Shown in pieces: positions 1 to 10,628 of a stretch of DNA of 64,000 bases. The DNA is from Prevotella sp. (GTDB lineage Bacteria > Bacteroidota > Bacteroidia > Bacteroidales > Dysgonomonadaceae), in assembly GCA_031285625.1 (NCBI GenBank), contig JAITVV010000048.1, positions 1 through 64,000 on the forward strand, given 5' to 3'. Under the pieces are notes generated by a model. That model was not told the origin of the DNA. It made no database searches and saw only the letters and a list, made by a program, of their open reading frames with translations. Each line of letters starts with the position of its first letter. The stretch's first letter is position 1. The position numbers and the translations under genes were made by a program.

Positions 1-236
1 TTTTTATAATAATTGCCCCCTGTGTAGTATACGTTGTAGTACAGGAATGTTATAGCCGGATTAATATGTTAGTAATCAGTCGGATGAAAATTAAAGAAAC
101 TTGTCAAAAGTAACAGCTTTCACATAATTCTATTTGTTACCTTTTTGTTACCTTTCAATTATACACCTTATTATAAGATAAATTAAGAACAAGTTATAAT
201 GTCAAACCTGAACAGATTTGATAAAAGATAGAATAC

Positions 237-327
237 TAAGGTCTCGGACCTATTTATTACTTTTTTATCTGCAGCAGCAACAATTAGTTAGATTGAAATA
301 ATGTATCATTAAATACTTTCTTTTACT
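237..327. repeat. Dispersed ~90-bp intergenic element, copy 1 (AAGGTC-N3-GACC family)
   Basis: taaggtctcggacctatttattactt...ttaaatactttcttt aligns with 954-1038 and 21004-21094. Confidence 0.75.
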
Positions 328-344
328 TAAAAGATAAAAGAGTT

Positions 345-938
345 TTACTTCTTACCTAGTTCTGTCTTTAATTGTGCGACCTCTGTTAGTAATTGAGGTG
401 ATAATATTTTGCCCAGTACACTCAGATTATCGGAAATACTCAAATACCTCCATGTTCCATCTGTATGAGAATCCTTTACTGCCATTAGGTAGGCAAAACC
501 ATCCAGCTTAACAGAGTTAGAATCGATTTTCTTTAATTCATAATCCGGATACATGCTTTTTCCTTCAGATAAGACTAATTCTGTGAATTGAGGATTCTGG
601 AAATACATAGTCATATTCTGATTATACTTACATAATACAAAAGAAGTTCCTTCTATAGACTCCACACCACTTAATTTTATATTGGGTGCAATATCTTCAT
701 ACGATATTGTTATTCCCAACTTAGGCATCATAGAATCCATCATAGCTTTCATTACATCTCTCGATGTTACTTCAAATAACCTGGGATATGTCATATCCAG
801 TATTTTTTCAGTTTCTTTATTTTTTGTAAAATCGATTATCTTTTCAAAATCATTTTTTACAATATCCTGAGCACTATCCTGAGCAAATACCCAGGTACAT
901 GAAAAAATAAGTAATAAAGTAAATAATACTTTTTTCAT
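345..938 (-). CDS. Hypothetical secreted protein
   Basis: 197-aa ORF with Sec signal peptide ending AQ; no recognisable domain. Confidence 0.8.
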   Translation of the reverse strand: MKKVLFTLLLIFSCTWVFAQDSAQDIVKNDFEKIIDFTKNKETEKILDMTYPRLFEVTSRDVMKAMMDSMMPKLGITISYEDIAPNIKLSGVESIEGTSFVLCKYNQNMTMYFQNPQFTELVLSEGKSMYPDYELKKIDSNSVKLDGFAYLMAVKDSHTDGTWRYLSISDNLSVLGKILSPQLLTEVAQLKTELGKK

Positions 939-953
939 TCTTTATTCATCATT

Positions 954-1038
954 TAAGGTCGCAGACCAATTTATTACTTTTGTATGTATAACAAGTATAG
1001 CAAGTTGCAATTAAAAAACGTTAAATACTTTCTTTACT
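954..1038. repeat. Dispersed ~85-bp intergenic element, copy 2
   Basis: taaggtcgcagaccaatttattactt...ttgcaattaaa...ttaaatactttcttt. Confidence 0.75.
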
Positions 1039-2242
1039 TATACGAAGCAAATTTGAGACATACAGGCATATCCAATTCTATATCTTTATATGTATTCTCC
1101 AACAAGCCAGTGGCTCTGTCGATAAGGAAAATCTGTATTATATCACTATCACGGCTCGCCACCAAGAGATATTTACCATTAGGCGTAATCACAAAATTAC
1201 GGGGATGGATTCCGGTTTCCTGATACCCTACCTTTGTTAGTTTACCATTTGTTTGATCTATCGAAAATATAGCAAGGCCATCCCCTTTCAGGCGATTGGA
1301 TGCATAAAGAAATTTACCATCGGGAGAGATATGAATATCTGCACTACCTTTTGCATCCAATGTATCGGCTTGTATTGTCTGAAATTGTGATAGATTTCCA
1401 CTATTTGCATCATAGTTAAATGCTATAACCGCACCTGATAGTTCCGTGATAAGATATGCGTATTTACCATTCGGATGGAATTCCAGATGTCTCGGACCTG
1501 AGCCGGAAGCTACATCGAAGGCAGCCGGAGCACCTACTTTCAGATAATTACCTGGTTCTCCGGTATTTATATCAAACTTATGGATTTTGTCTGTACCTAA
1601 ATCATCTGCAAACAGATATTTTCCATCAGGAGAATATCGTACACAATGTAAATGAGGAGCTTTTTGGCGTTCGGCATCCGCCCCTTTACCTGTAAATTTC
1701 ACCAGCTGGCTGGCTGAGGTCAATGTACCATCTCCATTTACATTAAAAGCAGTAATACTTCCTCCAGAGTAATTGGCTGTAACTACATGTTTTCCGCCTT
1801 TATCTATTTCAATGTAACATGGGTCTGCCCCCCCGGTGAGTTGTGTATTAAGCGATTTCAGGCTACCATCCACTTTATCAAAAAGGAAAGCATTGGCTGC
1901 AGCTTTGTTATCCCCTGTTTCAGAAACAGCATACACAAACTTTTCATCATTACTGATTGTCAAATAGGAAGGATTGCTCACCTTCACCATATTCTTATAT
2001 TTGGAATATCCGGAAACTGTATCAAACTGGTAGACATAGATTCCTTCACTCTCGCCTGTAGTGTAAGTTCCTACTAATAAATACAGGCTGCTATCATCTG
2101 ATATAGTTTCTGCATTCATATTGGTAGTATCTGATGGATTGATCATATTATTTGTATTTGAATTCGATGTTTTCTGATTACATGATAGTAATGACAAGCC
2201 GAAAACAGCTGATAATAGGATATATTTATACATAATTCTCAT
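1034..2242 (-). CDS. pgl: Lactonase family beta-propeller lipoprotein (6-phosphogluconolactonase-like)
   Basis: Motifs LLVGTYT, NPSYL, ANYSGG, PHLH, DLGTD, GSGPRH, YASNR, HPRNF; lipobox LLSC. Confidence 0.85.
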   Translation of the reverse strand: MRIMYKYILLSAVFGLSLLSCNQKTSNSNTNNMINPSDTTNMNAETISDDSSLYLLVGTYTTGESEGIYVYQFDTVSGYSKYKNMVKVSNPSYLTISNDEKFVYAVSETGDNKAAANAFLFDKVDGSLKSLNTQLTGGADPCYIEIDKGGKHVVTANYSGGSITAFNVNGDGTLTSASQLVKFTGKGADAERQKAPHLHCVRYSPDGKYLFADDLGTDKIHKFDINTGEPGNYLKVGAPAAFDVASGSGPRHLEFHPNGKYAYLITELSGAVIAFNYDANSGNLSQFQTIQADTLDAKGSADIHISPDGKFLYASNRLKGDGLAIFSIDQTNGKLTKVGYQETGIHPRNFVITPNGKYLLVASRDSDIIQIFLIDRATGLLENTYKDIELDMPVCLKFASYK

Positions 2243-2409
2243 TTTTAAACCATTTAGTCCTTATAAAGTTCAAAGAACAAAAGAAAGCAAAATTTATGAG
2301 TTTGAAGCACATTTTCATTGTAAAATTCGGGATAAATATTTTGTTTTAATGAGATTAAAAAGCTATCTTTGTCGGCTGAAAAAGAAGAAATAATTTAAAT
2401 CACTATAAA

Positions 2410-2670
2410 ATGAAAAAAGATATTCATCCAGAAAACTATCGTCCGGTTGCTTTCAAGGATATGTCAAATGATGAGGTATTTATCTCACGTTCAACTATCA
2501 ATGCAAAAGAAACTATCGAAATAGATGGAGTAACTTATCCATTGGTGAAGCTTGAAATCACAAGCTCTTCTCACCCGTTCTATACAGGAAAACAAAAACT
2601 TGTGGATACTGCAGGACGTGTTGATAAGTTTATGAGCCGCTACGCTAAGCGTACTCAACCTAAGAAATAA
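2410..2670 (+). CDS. rpmE2: 50S ribosomal protein L31 type B
   Basis: [13 protein letters not shown]...[23 protein letters not shown]; no Zn-binding cysteines. Confidence 0.97.
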   Translation: MKKDIHPENYRPVAFKDMSNDEVFISRSTINAKETIEIDGVTYPLVKLEITSSSHPFYTGKQKLVDTAGRVDKFMSRYAKRTQPKK

Positions 2671-2690
2671 TTGTAAGCAATTACAAATAG

Positions 2691-2728
2691 AAAATGAAGG
2701 CTATCAGAATCTGATAGCCTTCATTTTT
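2691..2728 (+). terminator. Bidirectional intrinsic terminator
   Basis: aaaatgaaggctatcag-aat-ctgatagccttcattttt between convergent genes. Confidence 0.9.
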
Positions 2729-2745
2729 GTCTCTAATATTTTAAT

Positions 2746-4728
2746 TTACAGCTTTTCCAATCTATTTATTAGTTCTTCCCCTAATTTGGTCTTAGAATCG
2801 ATATGCTTTAGGACTGTCTCTACAAAAGCATTTTCTTCAAACAATCCCCTTACCTGTTCAAAATCGGTTCTCTGCTGATTACGGTCACCATCTACACCAA
2901 ATCCGGTATGAGAAGACAATGAAAATTCTTTTTTCGCATCCTCATAAATCATTTTATCCAGCTCTACTACAGCATCCCTCCATCGGCTAACGATAGAAAT
3001 TATATCCTGTGCAGTAATAGTATCTGCAGACAGGTTATAATATTGTTGTATTTTGTCCCAGGCCCATGTCCATTCCAGAGAATAATAATTCTTATGCAGT
3101 TCTTGAAATACTTCATTCATTTCGCTTACATGAGTAATCTTATCAGACTCAATATCGTCTATCAGCCTGTCTATCTCAGAGCGGGGAGCCAGCATACCTG
3201 CAATATCACTCCATTCATGCAAACCAATAGTTGTATCAGGTTTTAAGCGTGCTCTGATTTCCTCATCATTTGTACAAGGACAATCCCTTAAACGGGAGAT
3301 GATAGAATTACCCAGGAATTTGTTTATAGCCATATTATAAAGCTTCAGCCCTCTTTTCAAGGAAGTACTTTTGATACGGCAACTCTGATAGGTATATGAC
3401 CCGGATGTTTCACCACAGGTATCTTTCAATCCGTTCAGTATATCGATAGCCTTAAACATCTTTTGAATAGTATAAGGACTTAGTAAATTGAAATTTATCT
3501 GATCCAGTTTTTCAGGGTCTTTACGTCTGTCCCGCTTAGGGAACTTCTGCGCATCGCGAATTGTACCCACACTCCTTAGATTAATTCCGGGCACCAGTAC
3601 AGATTCATTCTTATCTTCTATAAGATACGAAAATGGCATATCAGAAGTATCTGAATTATGATAATGCCTCCCCATAATTAAAGAAAAAGCACCAATACGG
3701 GCTGGCCATAATATATAAGAGTTACTGGTGGTTTTACCTCCCCGCTCTACAATCCCCTGATGAATAGGTCCCAGCTTATACATGTGATTGCTCTGGTTAG
3801 AGCCCGAGCCTGCATTCATAAACGAAAACATACCTGCAATGAGCAGTGTCGACTTATGATGCGTCACAGTATATGGTCCTGCAAACAGCGCACATGCTTC
3901 TCCATTCTCACCCTGACAGTTGCTAAAGAATAAAGAATCGCTGGCAGAATAAGTATGCCCTAACTGACACGATTGTCCAACAAAGCAACGGGTAAGCATA
4001 GTACCATCTTCAACCCTCGAACCCGAACATATTACAAAATCATATGCCATTACGCTATATCCAATGTGTACTGGATCATATTCATTGCTATTGATACTAC
4101 CATTCTCCAAATGGCGGGCACCTTCTATCTCAGCATAATCACCAATGTAAACATTCTTTATCGCCCCAGCATTCACAATAGATACATTATCGCCAATGCA
4201 TCCTATGTCTGAAGTATACTCCTTTGCATACGATTTTACCATATCCTGTAGCTTCTTAATCAACACCGGACGGTGCCTGTAAAATGAAAGAATATAGGCA
4301 AAATGAGCACTTAACTTATCATAGATTATAACCTCACGTCCACCGGTTTCATTCAGCACAGAGACCTCTACCCCATTTCCAAATGAAGACTCTCCCTCAA
4401 CATACAGGTGATGTATATTTTGTATACGTACATTATTTCCAATACGATAATTTGCAATATAGTTCTGGATATTCTCTATCAATACGTTGTTACCCAGTTC
4501 ACAATTATGAAGACATGCATGACGTATACCTGAATGTTTTCTCAGTCCACCAGGCAAAGTAAATTCCTCTTCGAGAACCCCTAATTTTATCACGCCCGAA
4601 AAATTAACATGCTTAATATAATCCGGCTTAAAATCAGGGTGTACCATTATATTATTCCAATCATCAGCGTTACATCCCTGAGATTTCAATATCTCTATCT
4701 CCTGGGCAGTTAAATCTCTATAACTCAT
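2746..4728 (-). CDS. DUF4954 family protein (hexapeptide-repeat-like)
   Basis: Conserved Bacteroidetes motifs NETGGREV, AGPYTVTHHKSTLLIAG, GSGSNQSNHMYKLGP. Confidence 0.85.
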   Translation of the reverse strand: MSYRDLTAQEIEILKSQGCNADDWNNIMVHPDFKPDYIKHVNFSGVIKLGVLEEEFTLPGGLRKHSGIRHACLHNCELGNNVLIENIQNYIANYRIGNNVRIQNIHHLYVEGESSFGNGVEVSVLNETGGREVIIYDKLSAHFAYILSFYRHRPVLIKKLQDMVKSYAKEYTSDIGCIGDNVSIVNAGAIKNVYIGDYAEIEGARHLENGSINSNEYDPVHIGYSVMAYDFVICSGSRVEDGTMLTRCFVGQSCQLGHTYSASDSLFFSNCQGENGEACALFAGPYTVTHHKSTLLIAGMFSFMNAGSGSNQSNHMYKLGPIHQGIVERGGKTTSNSYILWPARIGAFSLIMGRHYHNSDTSDMPFSYLIEDKNESVLVPGINLRSVGTIRDAQKFPKRDRRKDPEKLDQINFNLLSPYTIQKMFKAIDILNGLKDTCGETSGSYTYQSCRIKSTSLKRGLKLYNMAINKFLGNSIISRLRDCPCTNDEEIRARLKPDTTIGLHEWSDIAGMLAPRSEIDRLIDDIESDKITHVSEMNEVFQELHKNYYSLEWTWAWDKIQQYYNLSADTITAQDIISIVSRWRDAVVELDKMIYEDAKKEFSLSSHTGFGVDGDRNQQRTDFEQVRGLFEENAFVETVLKHIDSKTKLGEELINRLEKL

Positions 4729-4842
4729 ATAAGTTTCAAATTCTTAATTTACAGACGCAATTTACATAAAAAAGTAAAAATATAACTTAATTTATTTAAC
4801 AAAAAGTTGTAAATATAACGTTAAAACTCCCTTTGTGCATAA

Positions 4843-4879
4843 AAAAGTCCCCGATCAATTTTATTTAACCGGGGACTTT
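4843..4879 (-). terminator. Intrinsic terminator
   Basis: aaagtccccg...cggggacttt inverted repeat with a T-run on the minus strand. Confidence 0.8.
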
Positions 4880-4897
4880 GAATTATATAATATTTAA

Positions 4898-7333
4898 TTA
4901 TTGCATTACTTCTTCATCCGGAATTATATCCTGAATAGATGTAGATAAACCGTTGATACGCTCCTGCAGATTATATTTGCGAATCAATTCCGCAACCTCA
5001 GGATCCAGTGGTGCACGATATACCTTAGACGGATCTAATTCACAAGCACGCATCAGGTGATCAATAGCTTCATTGTCTTTATTTGAACGGATAGATAATA
5101 TTGTGCGTAGATATTCATTATTTCCAGTCTCCGGAAGATTATCCAACACTTCTTTAGCTTTTGCATTATATCCCATACAGATCAAACATAATGCTGTATT
5201 GTAATCCGGATAATCAGACAGGATTTCCAAAGCTTTCCAGTATTCTCTATCTTGAAGCAGTTTCAGGCCTTTCTCATAATTTGGTCTCTCCTGTACATCA
5301 ACTGCTGTTTCGGTATCCATATTAGGACGATGCATATTGAATTCAAATACAGCTTTATTTAGAAGAGGATATATTGAATCTCTTATAACTTTATAGTCAT
5401 CAGGGAAATCTTTCTTTATTTGTGTTTCAGTACCGTCAGGATCGATAGCTCCTTCCAGCAATGCCAGAATCTGAGTCTTATTCATTATATCGTTCCGTTG
5501 CATAATCTGAGCAGCTAGTGTATTCCAGTCTTCACCCGAATGTTCAACCTTAATTACATTGCTGGCATCTCTGATCTCTCCGGATAGTGATTTCACGAAA
5601 TAATCCTTTATGGCCTGGGAACGTTTTTCCGATAACTTATAATTATTATCATAAGAGCCATCCAGTGCTGTAGAAACTCTAAGAACAATGCTATCAACTA
5701 CAAATTTACCATCTTCAGTAAATGCACGGTAAGTAGTCAGCATTTTATTCAATTCAGCTTTATTATCCTGATAATTCAGACTAAAGTTTGATTTGCCCGG
5801 TTGAAATTTGATATAAGTTGTCAAACGATTATAAGCATCCCTGTACAATTTGGTTCTCTTAAATACCAAAGATGTATCAACGAGTTGAGACAGAGAAGAT
5901 ATAAAGTAAGAAATAGTATCGGCAGGAGGCATAATATACCTACTACGGTCAATAGCATCTACTCTACCATCCATTGTAAGACGCAGTTTCTTCAAACCTA
6001 CTGTTACCGGATGATCTTGTTTATAGTAATATACAAAATCGCGACCAGCATCTACAATACTGTCAAGGCGCATACCTTGCTCATATGGAAAAGGAATCAT
6101 TTCTTTAGCTACATCATCTTTCCTTTCCTTCTTCATTTCATTTTCAGCAATAGCCTCAAACATATACCTGTTTTTAGCCATTTCGATAGAATCGCTTTCT
6201 GTCAATACATTATTTATGATATCATCTAATGAACGTCCCTCTTCGTATGCTTCGCGGAATTTAGCAGGCATTTTCATATAGCTTACCTCAAAATCCTTAT
6301 CATCTAACACCAGAGATTTAGCATTTTTATTGAATTTCTTCATGTATTGATCAAACAGGCCAACAGTATCTTTACCATTAGTCATATCACGCATCACCTG
6401 TTCACGCGCCTTACGAACATACTCATTGTAGAAACGTTGACGATATCCTTTCAATTTGGCAAGTTCAGCAGCATCAAATTTGCTCTTTTCAGTCTTCCAC
6501 TTTTCATATTCCATCTGCTTACTCCATTCTCTGTAATATTCTTCATAATACATATTCTGGCGATTGCGGATATCCTTTTCTGTTCCTTCTCGATCAAAGA
6601 ATATATCATCATATTTATCGTCTCCAACTATAGACTTCATATATTGATCATAGTCTGCATAATCCTGTTTTTGCTTAGCAAGGAAAGCATGACCTTTTAA
6701 TATAACATCTTTCAAAGGGATAATTGAGTCATTATGGAATAATTTAGGATGTAAAGTCATTCTAAAGTTTTCTGATAAAAGTTCTTTTGGAACCTTTACT
6801 ATAAAGTCAACACTTACTCGCCCATTACGCTCAGGAGTGAAACGTGATTTTGCAGTTACAACAACTTCAGATAAATGCTGCACATCACTAAGACTAGTTG
6901 GCTTTTGATTTTCTTTATCAACAGATTCCGTAATGTTTTCAGCATTGGTAAATGTAACTTCTTCCGAAACGGTTCTAGTACCAGCCCCAAAACCTTTTAC
7001 GCCTTCCTGAAAAGGCAGTTCGATATTAGCCTTCTTTAATTGTTGCATAAACAAAGGTTTAACCATGGCTTCTTTAGGTTTACCTCCTGAATAAGAAAAA
7101 CCACGTGAAGCAACATCTTCTCCCCGCGCAGCACGTATATCACGTACCGAATTGGATTTACAAGAGAACATGATTAAAATAAAAACGGCCATCAAAGGCA
7201 TGGACAGAAGCGCTAGCCGAGAAGTAGAGGCATTAATGCTTTTTTTCATAAGTTTATTTTCGTATCTCATTAAACAGCAATGATTTGTAAAGTTTCTGTA
7301 AAAAACTGTGCAAAGATAATGAATATCATGCAA
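4898..7333 (-). CDS. Large lipoprotein with DUF3868-like and OmpA-like C-terminal regions plus TPR-like tail; true start probably downstream (MKKSINAST)
   Basis: Lipobox MFSC; F.PGKS...N..EL, DGSYDNNYKLSEKRSQAIKDY, GEDW, IYPLL resemble Bacteroidetes OmpA-like proteins. Confidence 0.6.
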   Translation of the reverse strand: MHDIHYLCTVFYRNFTNHCCLMRYENKLMKKSINASTSRLALLSMPLMAVFILIMFSCKSNSVRDIRAARGEDVASRGFSYSGGKPKEAMVKPLFMQQLKKANIELPFQEGVKGFGAGTRTVSEEVTFTNAENITESVDKENQKPTSLSDVQHLSEVVVTAKSRFTPERNGRVSVDFIVKVPKELLSENFRMTLHPKLFHNDSIIPLKDVILKGHAFLAKQKQDYADYDQYMKSIVGDDKYDDIFFDREGTEKDIRNRQNMYYEEYYREWSKQMEYEKWKTEKSKFDAAELAKLKGYRQRFYNEYVRKAREQVMRDMTNGKDTVGLFDQYMKKFNKNAKSLVLDDKDFEVSYMKMPAKFREAYEEGRSLDDIINNVLTESDSIEMAKNRYMFEAIAENEMKKERKDDVAKEMIPFPYEQGMRLDSIVDAGRDFVYYYKQDHPVTVGLKKLRLTMDGRVDAIDRSRYIMPPADTISYFISSLSQLVDTSLVFKRTKLYRDAYNRLTTYIKFQPGKSNFSLNYQDNKAELNKMLTTYRAFTEDGKFVVDSIVLRVSTALDGSYDNNYKLSEKRSQAIKDYFVKSLSGEIRDASNVIKVEHSGEDWNTLAAQIMQRNDIMNKTQILALLEGAIDPDGTETQIKKDFPDDYKVIRDSIYPLLNKAVFEFNMHRPNMDTETAVDVQERPNYEKGLKLLQDREYWKALEILSDYPDYNTALCLICMGYNAKAKEVLDNLPETGNNEYLRTILSIRSNKDNEAIDHLMRACELDPSKVYRAPLDPEVAELIRKYNLQERINGLSTSIQDIIPDEEVMQ

Positions 7334-7534
7334 TAAATGAACTATTTAAAATTAATTTTTCGAAATAAGAATCTCTATCATCAGATTGTATTCTGTTATT
7401 ACAAGCCCAGTTATACATATATAACTCAAAAAAGTCTTTTATATTTTATTTACTATAAAAAACATATGTTAAATTTTCATGACAAAAAAAAATACTGATA
7501 CTTTTTCAACAATATCAGTATTCCTTTATAACAT

Positions 7535-7741
7535 CTATAATTCAGTATTGTTCTCTGAATCCTTTTTTTTACTATTCTTTATCCGTCCTGCTTTGCGTAA
7601 AGCCTGATTTAATATAAATTGTATTTGCCCATTGGTACTGCGAAATTCATCTGCGGCCCATTTTTCGATTGCTTCCATCATTTCCTGATCGATTCGCAGG
7701 ACAAAACTTTTAACGGCAGAATCCTTTTCCTTTTTAGCCAC
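7535..7741 (-). CDS. Arc-family ribbon-helix-helix DNA-binding protein
   Basis: KSFVLRID...AIEKWAADEFRSTNGQI; typical partner of SPFH genes. Confidence 0.9.
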   Translation of the reverse strand: MAKKEKDSAVKSFVLRIDQEMMEAIEKWAADEFRSTNGQIQFILNQALRKAGRIKNSKKKDSENNTEL

Positions 7742-7752
7742 AATCTTAATTA

Positions 7753-8694
7753 TTAGTGATGAAGTGTTCCAGCATTTACTATTGGTTGTGCCGCCTCATC
7801 TGCACACAATACAACTAATAAGTTACTCACCATAGCTGCCTTACGCTCTTCATCCAGTTCCACTATTTCTTCTTTTTGTAATTTATCCAGAGCCAACTGT
7901 ACCATACTCACTGCGCCCTCTACAATCTTTTCGCGGGCAGCTATAATTGCATCAGCCTGTTGGCGACGAAGCATTACACTTGCTATTTCAGCAGCATATG
8001 CAAGATAATTGATTCGCGCTTCAATGACTTCTATTCCTGCAATAGCCAGCCGGCTATTCAATTCTTCTTCCAGTTTCTGGCTAATTTCACCATTATCAGA
8101 ACGTAGCGTCACCTCACTTTCTTTACTCTCATTGTTATCATAAGCATACATTCCTGCGACTTGACGGAGGGCAGCATCACTCTGTATCTTTACAAAATTT
8201 TCATAAGCCTGCATTCTATTCGAAAACTGTATATAGTTATTCGCCGAACCCGGGACGATTCCTGAAATAGAAGAAGTATCTATATCGAACATAGCCTTAT
8301 ATGTATCTTTCACCCTCCAAACCAATACAGAGCCAATCATAATAGGATTACCAACCTTATCATTTACTTTGATAGGAGGTACATCCAGATTACGTGCACG
8401 TAAAGTCACTTTCTTTTTATTATAAAAAGGATTTACCCATAAAAAGCCATTATCAGTAATTGTACCTCTATATTTACCAAAGAATACCATCACACGCGCA
8501 TTATTTGGTTCTACTATAATAAATCCCATTACAGCTAAAGCTGAAAGTAGAATACCCAATACACCCACAAATGCAAATAATACAGAACCTGTACTAAAAG
8601 CCCAGATACTGCCTCCCATAATAAGAAGTATAAGAAGAAGAGCTAAAAAACCAGAGATTTTAGTTCCATTAAATTTCTTTTCAAGTGTTTCCAT
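7753..8694 (-). CDS. SPFH/band 7 domain membrane protein
   Basis: KVNDKVGNPI, LAYAAEIASVMLRRQQA, AAMVSNLLVVLC. Confidence 0.92.
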   Translation of the reverse strand: METLEKKFNGTKISGFLALLLILLIMGGSIWAFSTGSVLFAFVGVLGILLSALAVMGFIIVEPNNARVMVFFGKYRGTITDNGFLWVNPFYNKKKVTLRARNLDVPPIKVNDKVGNPIMIGSVLVWRVKDTYKAMFDIDTSSISGIVPGSANNYIQFSNRMQAYENFVKIQSDAALRQVAGMYAYDNNESKESEVTLRSDNGEISQKLEEELNSRLAIAGIEVIEARINYLAYAAEIASVMLRRQQADAIIAAREKIVEGAVSMVQLALDKLQKEEIVELDEERKAAMVSNLLVVLCADEAAQPIVNAGTLHH

Positions 8695-8707
8695 AATTAA
8701 TTTATTT

Positions 8708-8726
8708 TGATATTAAAATGATATCA
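8708..8726. promoter_or_regulatory. Probable operator of the SPFH-Arc operon (TGATATYA repeated at 11-bp spacing)
   Basis: tgatatta-aaa-tgatatca just upstream of the SPFH start; RHH proteins bind tandem short boxes (inference). Confidence 0.5.
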
Positions 8727-8775
8727 TAAATATATAAACTAATTTATAGAATTCCAAATATTTTTATATTAAAAA

Positions 8776-8800
8776 TGGCAGGCTAAAATTTAGCCTGCCA
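8776..8800 (-). terminator. hcp terminator
   Basis: tggcaggctaa-aat-ttagcctgcca followed by Ts on the minus strand. Confidence 0.8.
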
Positions 8801-8828
8801 CGATATATTATGTTCTTTAGATATTCTG

Positions 8829-10466
8829 CTAGCTTGCTAAAAACATTTCTATATCTTTATCAACAGTAGAGATACCACCGATACCAAAATTATCGACCAA
8901 CACCTTAGCCACATTCGGAGAAAGGAATCCAGGTAAAGTTGGTCCAAGGTGGATATTTTTCACTCCAAGGTGTAATAATGCTAACAGAACGATTACAGCT
9001 TTTTGTTCGTACCAGGCAATATTGAAAGCGATTGGCAACTGATTGATATCATCCAGTCCGAATACTTCTTTCAACTTGAGTGCAATCACTGCAAGTGAGT
9101 AGCTGTCATTACATTGCCCTGCATCCAACACACGCGGGATACCACCTATATCACCCAATGGAAGCTTGTTATATCTGTATTTCGCACATCCGGCAGTCAT
9201 TATAACAGTATCATTCGGCAAAGCTTTTGCAAAGTCAGTATAATAACTACGACTTTTCATACGTCCGTCGCAACCTGCCATTACAAAGAACTTACGGATA
9301 GCACCCGATTTTACAGCATCGACAACCTTATCAGCCAAAGCCATTACCTGAGCGTGAGCAAATCCTCCAACAATAGTACCCGATTCAATCTGGCGTGGAG
9401 GTTGAGAGTTCTTAGCCATTTCGATAATCTCAGAGAAGTCTTTTTGTTGTCCTGGTTTACGTTCTGCTATATGCCTTGCTCCATCGAGTCCGGCTGCTCC
9501 TGTAGTAAATATCTTACCTAAATAAGAAGCATTGCGTGAAGGAGGTACAATACAGTTGGTCGTAAATAGGATAGGCCCATTGAAAGCTTCAAAATCCTCT
9601 TTCTGTTGCCACCATGCACCGCCATAATTACCTACAAGATGCTTGTATTTCTTCAATTGCGGATAGTAGTGAGCAGGAAGCATTTCGCTGTGTGTATATA
9701 CATCTACACCTGTACCTTCGGTTTGTTGCAACAGTTCTTCAATATCTCGCAGATCGTGTCCGCTGATAAGTATTCCAGGATTTTTGCCTGCTCCGATATT
9801 TACTTCTGTTATTTCAGGATTACCAAAGCGTCCGGTGTTGGCTGCATCCAGCAATGCCATTACTTGTACACCATATCTTCCTGTTTCCAGTGCTAAAGGT
9901 ATAAGTTCGTCTATTGTAATATCTTCTCTTGTAATCTCGGCTAAAGCATGTTGCATAAATGAGAAAATCTGGTCATCTGTCTTATCCAGATTGTAGGCAT
10001 GTTCGGCATAGGCAGCCATTCCTTTTATTCCATAGTGAATAAGTTCTTTCAGTGATCGGATATCTTCATTTTTGGTGTGCAGGACACCGACTTCTTTAGC
10101 TTTGGTCATAAATTCCGACTCATCGCCATTCCATGTACATGCATCAGGAAGATTTTGTGTTGTATTCAGTTGAGAGGCCAGTTTATTCTTTAAGGATAAA
10201 CCTTCTTTTACTTTTGCCTTGATAGCTTCGAAATCGAAGTTGGCATTTGTAATACTGATAAATAAAGCATCTACAACAAACTTATCGGCTTCCTTTGAGG
10301 CTTTTCCTTCTTTGCGCAATAAATCGTTATAAACCGCGATACCTTTCGTCACAAACAATAACAAGTCCTGAATATCGGACACTTCCGCGGTTTTCCCGCA
10401 TACGCCTGCTATTGTACAACCTGTACCTTTAGACGTTTCCTGACATTGATAGCAAAACATACTCAT
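8829..10466 (-). CDS. hcp: Hybrid-cluster protein (hydroxylamine reductase)
   Basis: MFCYQCQET...[36 protein letters not shown]. Confidence 0.97.
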   Translation of the reverse strand: MSMFCYQCQETSKGTGCTIAGVCGKTAEVSDIQDLLLFVTKGIAVYNDLLRKEGKASKEADKFVVDALFISITNANFDFEAIKAKVKEGLSLKNKLASQLNTTQNLPDACTWNGDESEFMTKAKEVGVLHTKNEDIRSLKELIHYGIKGMAAYAEHAYNLDKTDDQIFSFMQHALAEITREDITIDELIPLALETGRYGVQVMALLDAANTGRFGNPEITEVNIGAGKNPGILISGHDLRDIEELLQQTEGTGVDVYTHSEMLPAHYYPQLKKYKHLVGNYGGAWWQQKEDFEAFNGPILFTTNCIVPPSRNASYLGKIFTTGAAGLDGARHIAERKPGQQKDFSEIIEMAKNSQPPRQIESGTIVGGFAHAQVMALADKVVDAVKSGAIRKFFVMAGCDGRMKSRSYYTDFAKALPNDTVIMTAGCAKYRYNKLPLGDIGGIPRVLDAGQCNDSYSLAVIALKLKEVFGLDDINQLPIAFNIAWYEQKAVIVLLALLHLGVKNIHLGPTLPGFLSPNVAKVLVDNFGIGGISTVDKDIEMFLAS

Positions 10467-10523
10467 ATTAAAATAGCTTTATAGTTATAGTATTACAAAG
10501 CTATCTATATCAATCAGCTATAA

Positions 10524-10543
10524 TTTGTATCAAATGTTACAAA
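10524..10543. promoter_or_regulatory. HcpR (Crp/Fnr-family) type binding site upstream of hcp
   Basis: Imperfect palindrome TTTGTATC-AAAT-GTTACAAA about 20 bp upstream of a minus-strand TAGCTTTG -7 box; resembles GTAAC-N4-GTTAC HcpR boxes. Confidence 0.7.
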
Positions 10544-10628
10544 TCCGGATTATTTTTTATTATAGTTAATAAAACAGGCTCTATGAACTGAAAAAGATAT
10601 CAATTGTTAGTATTGGAAACAGATTGAT

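Noticed and set aside
1489-1499. gtctcggacct matching the AAGGTC-N3-GACC element
   Set aside because: Lies within the lactonase CDS (GPRH codons) and lacks the rest of the element.
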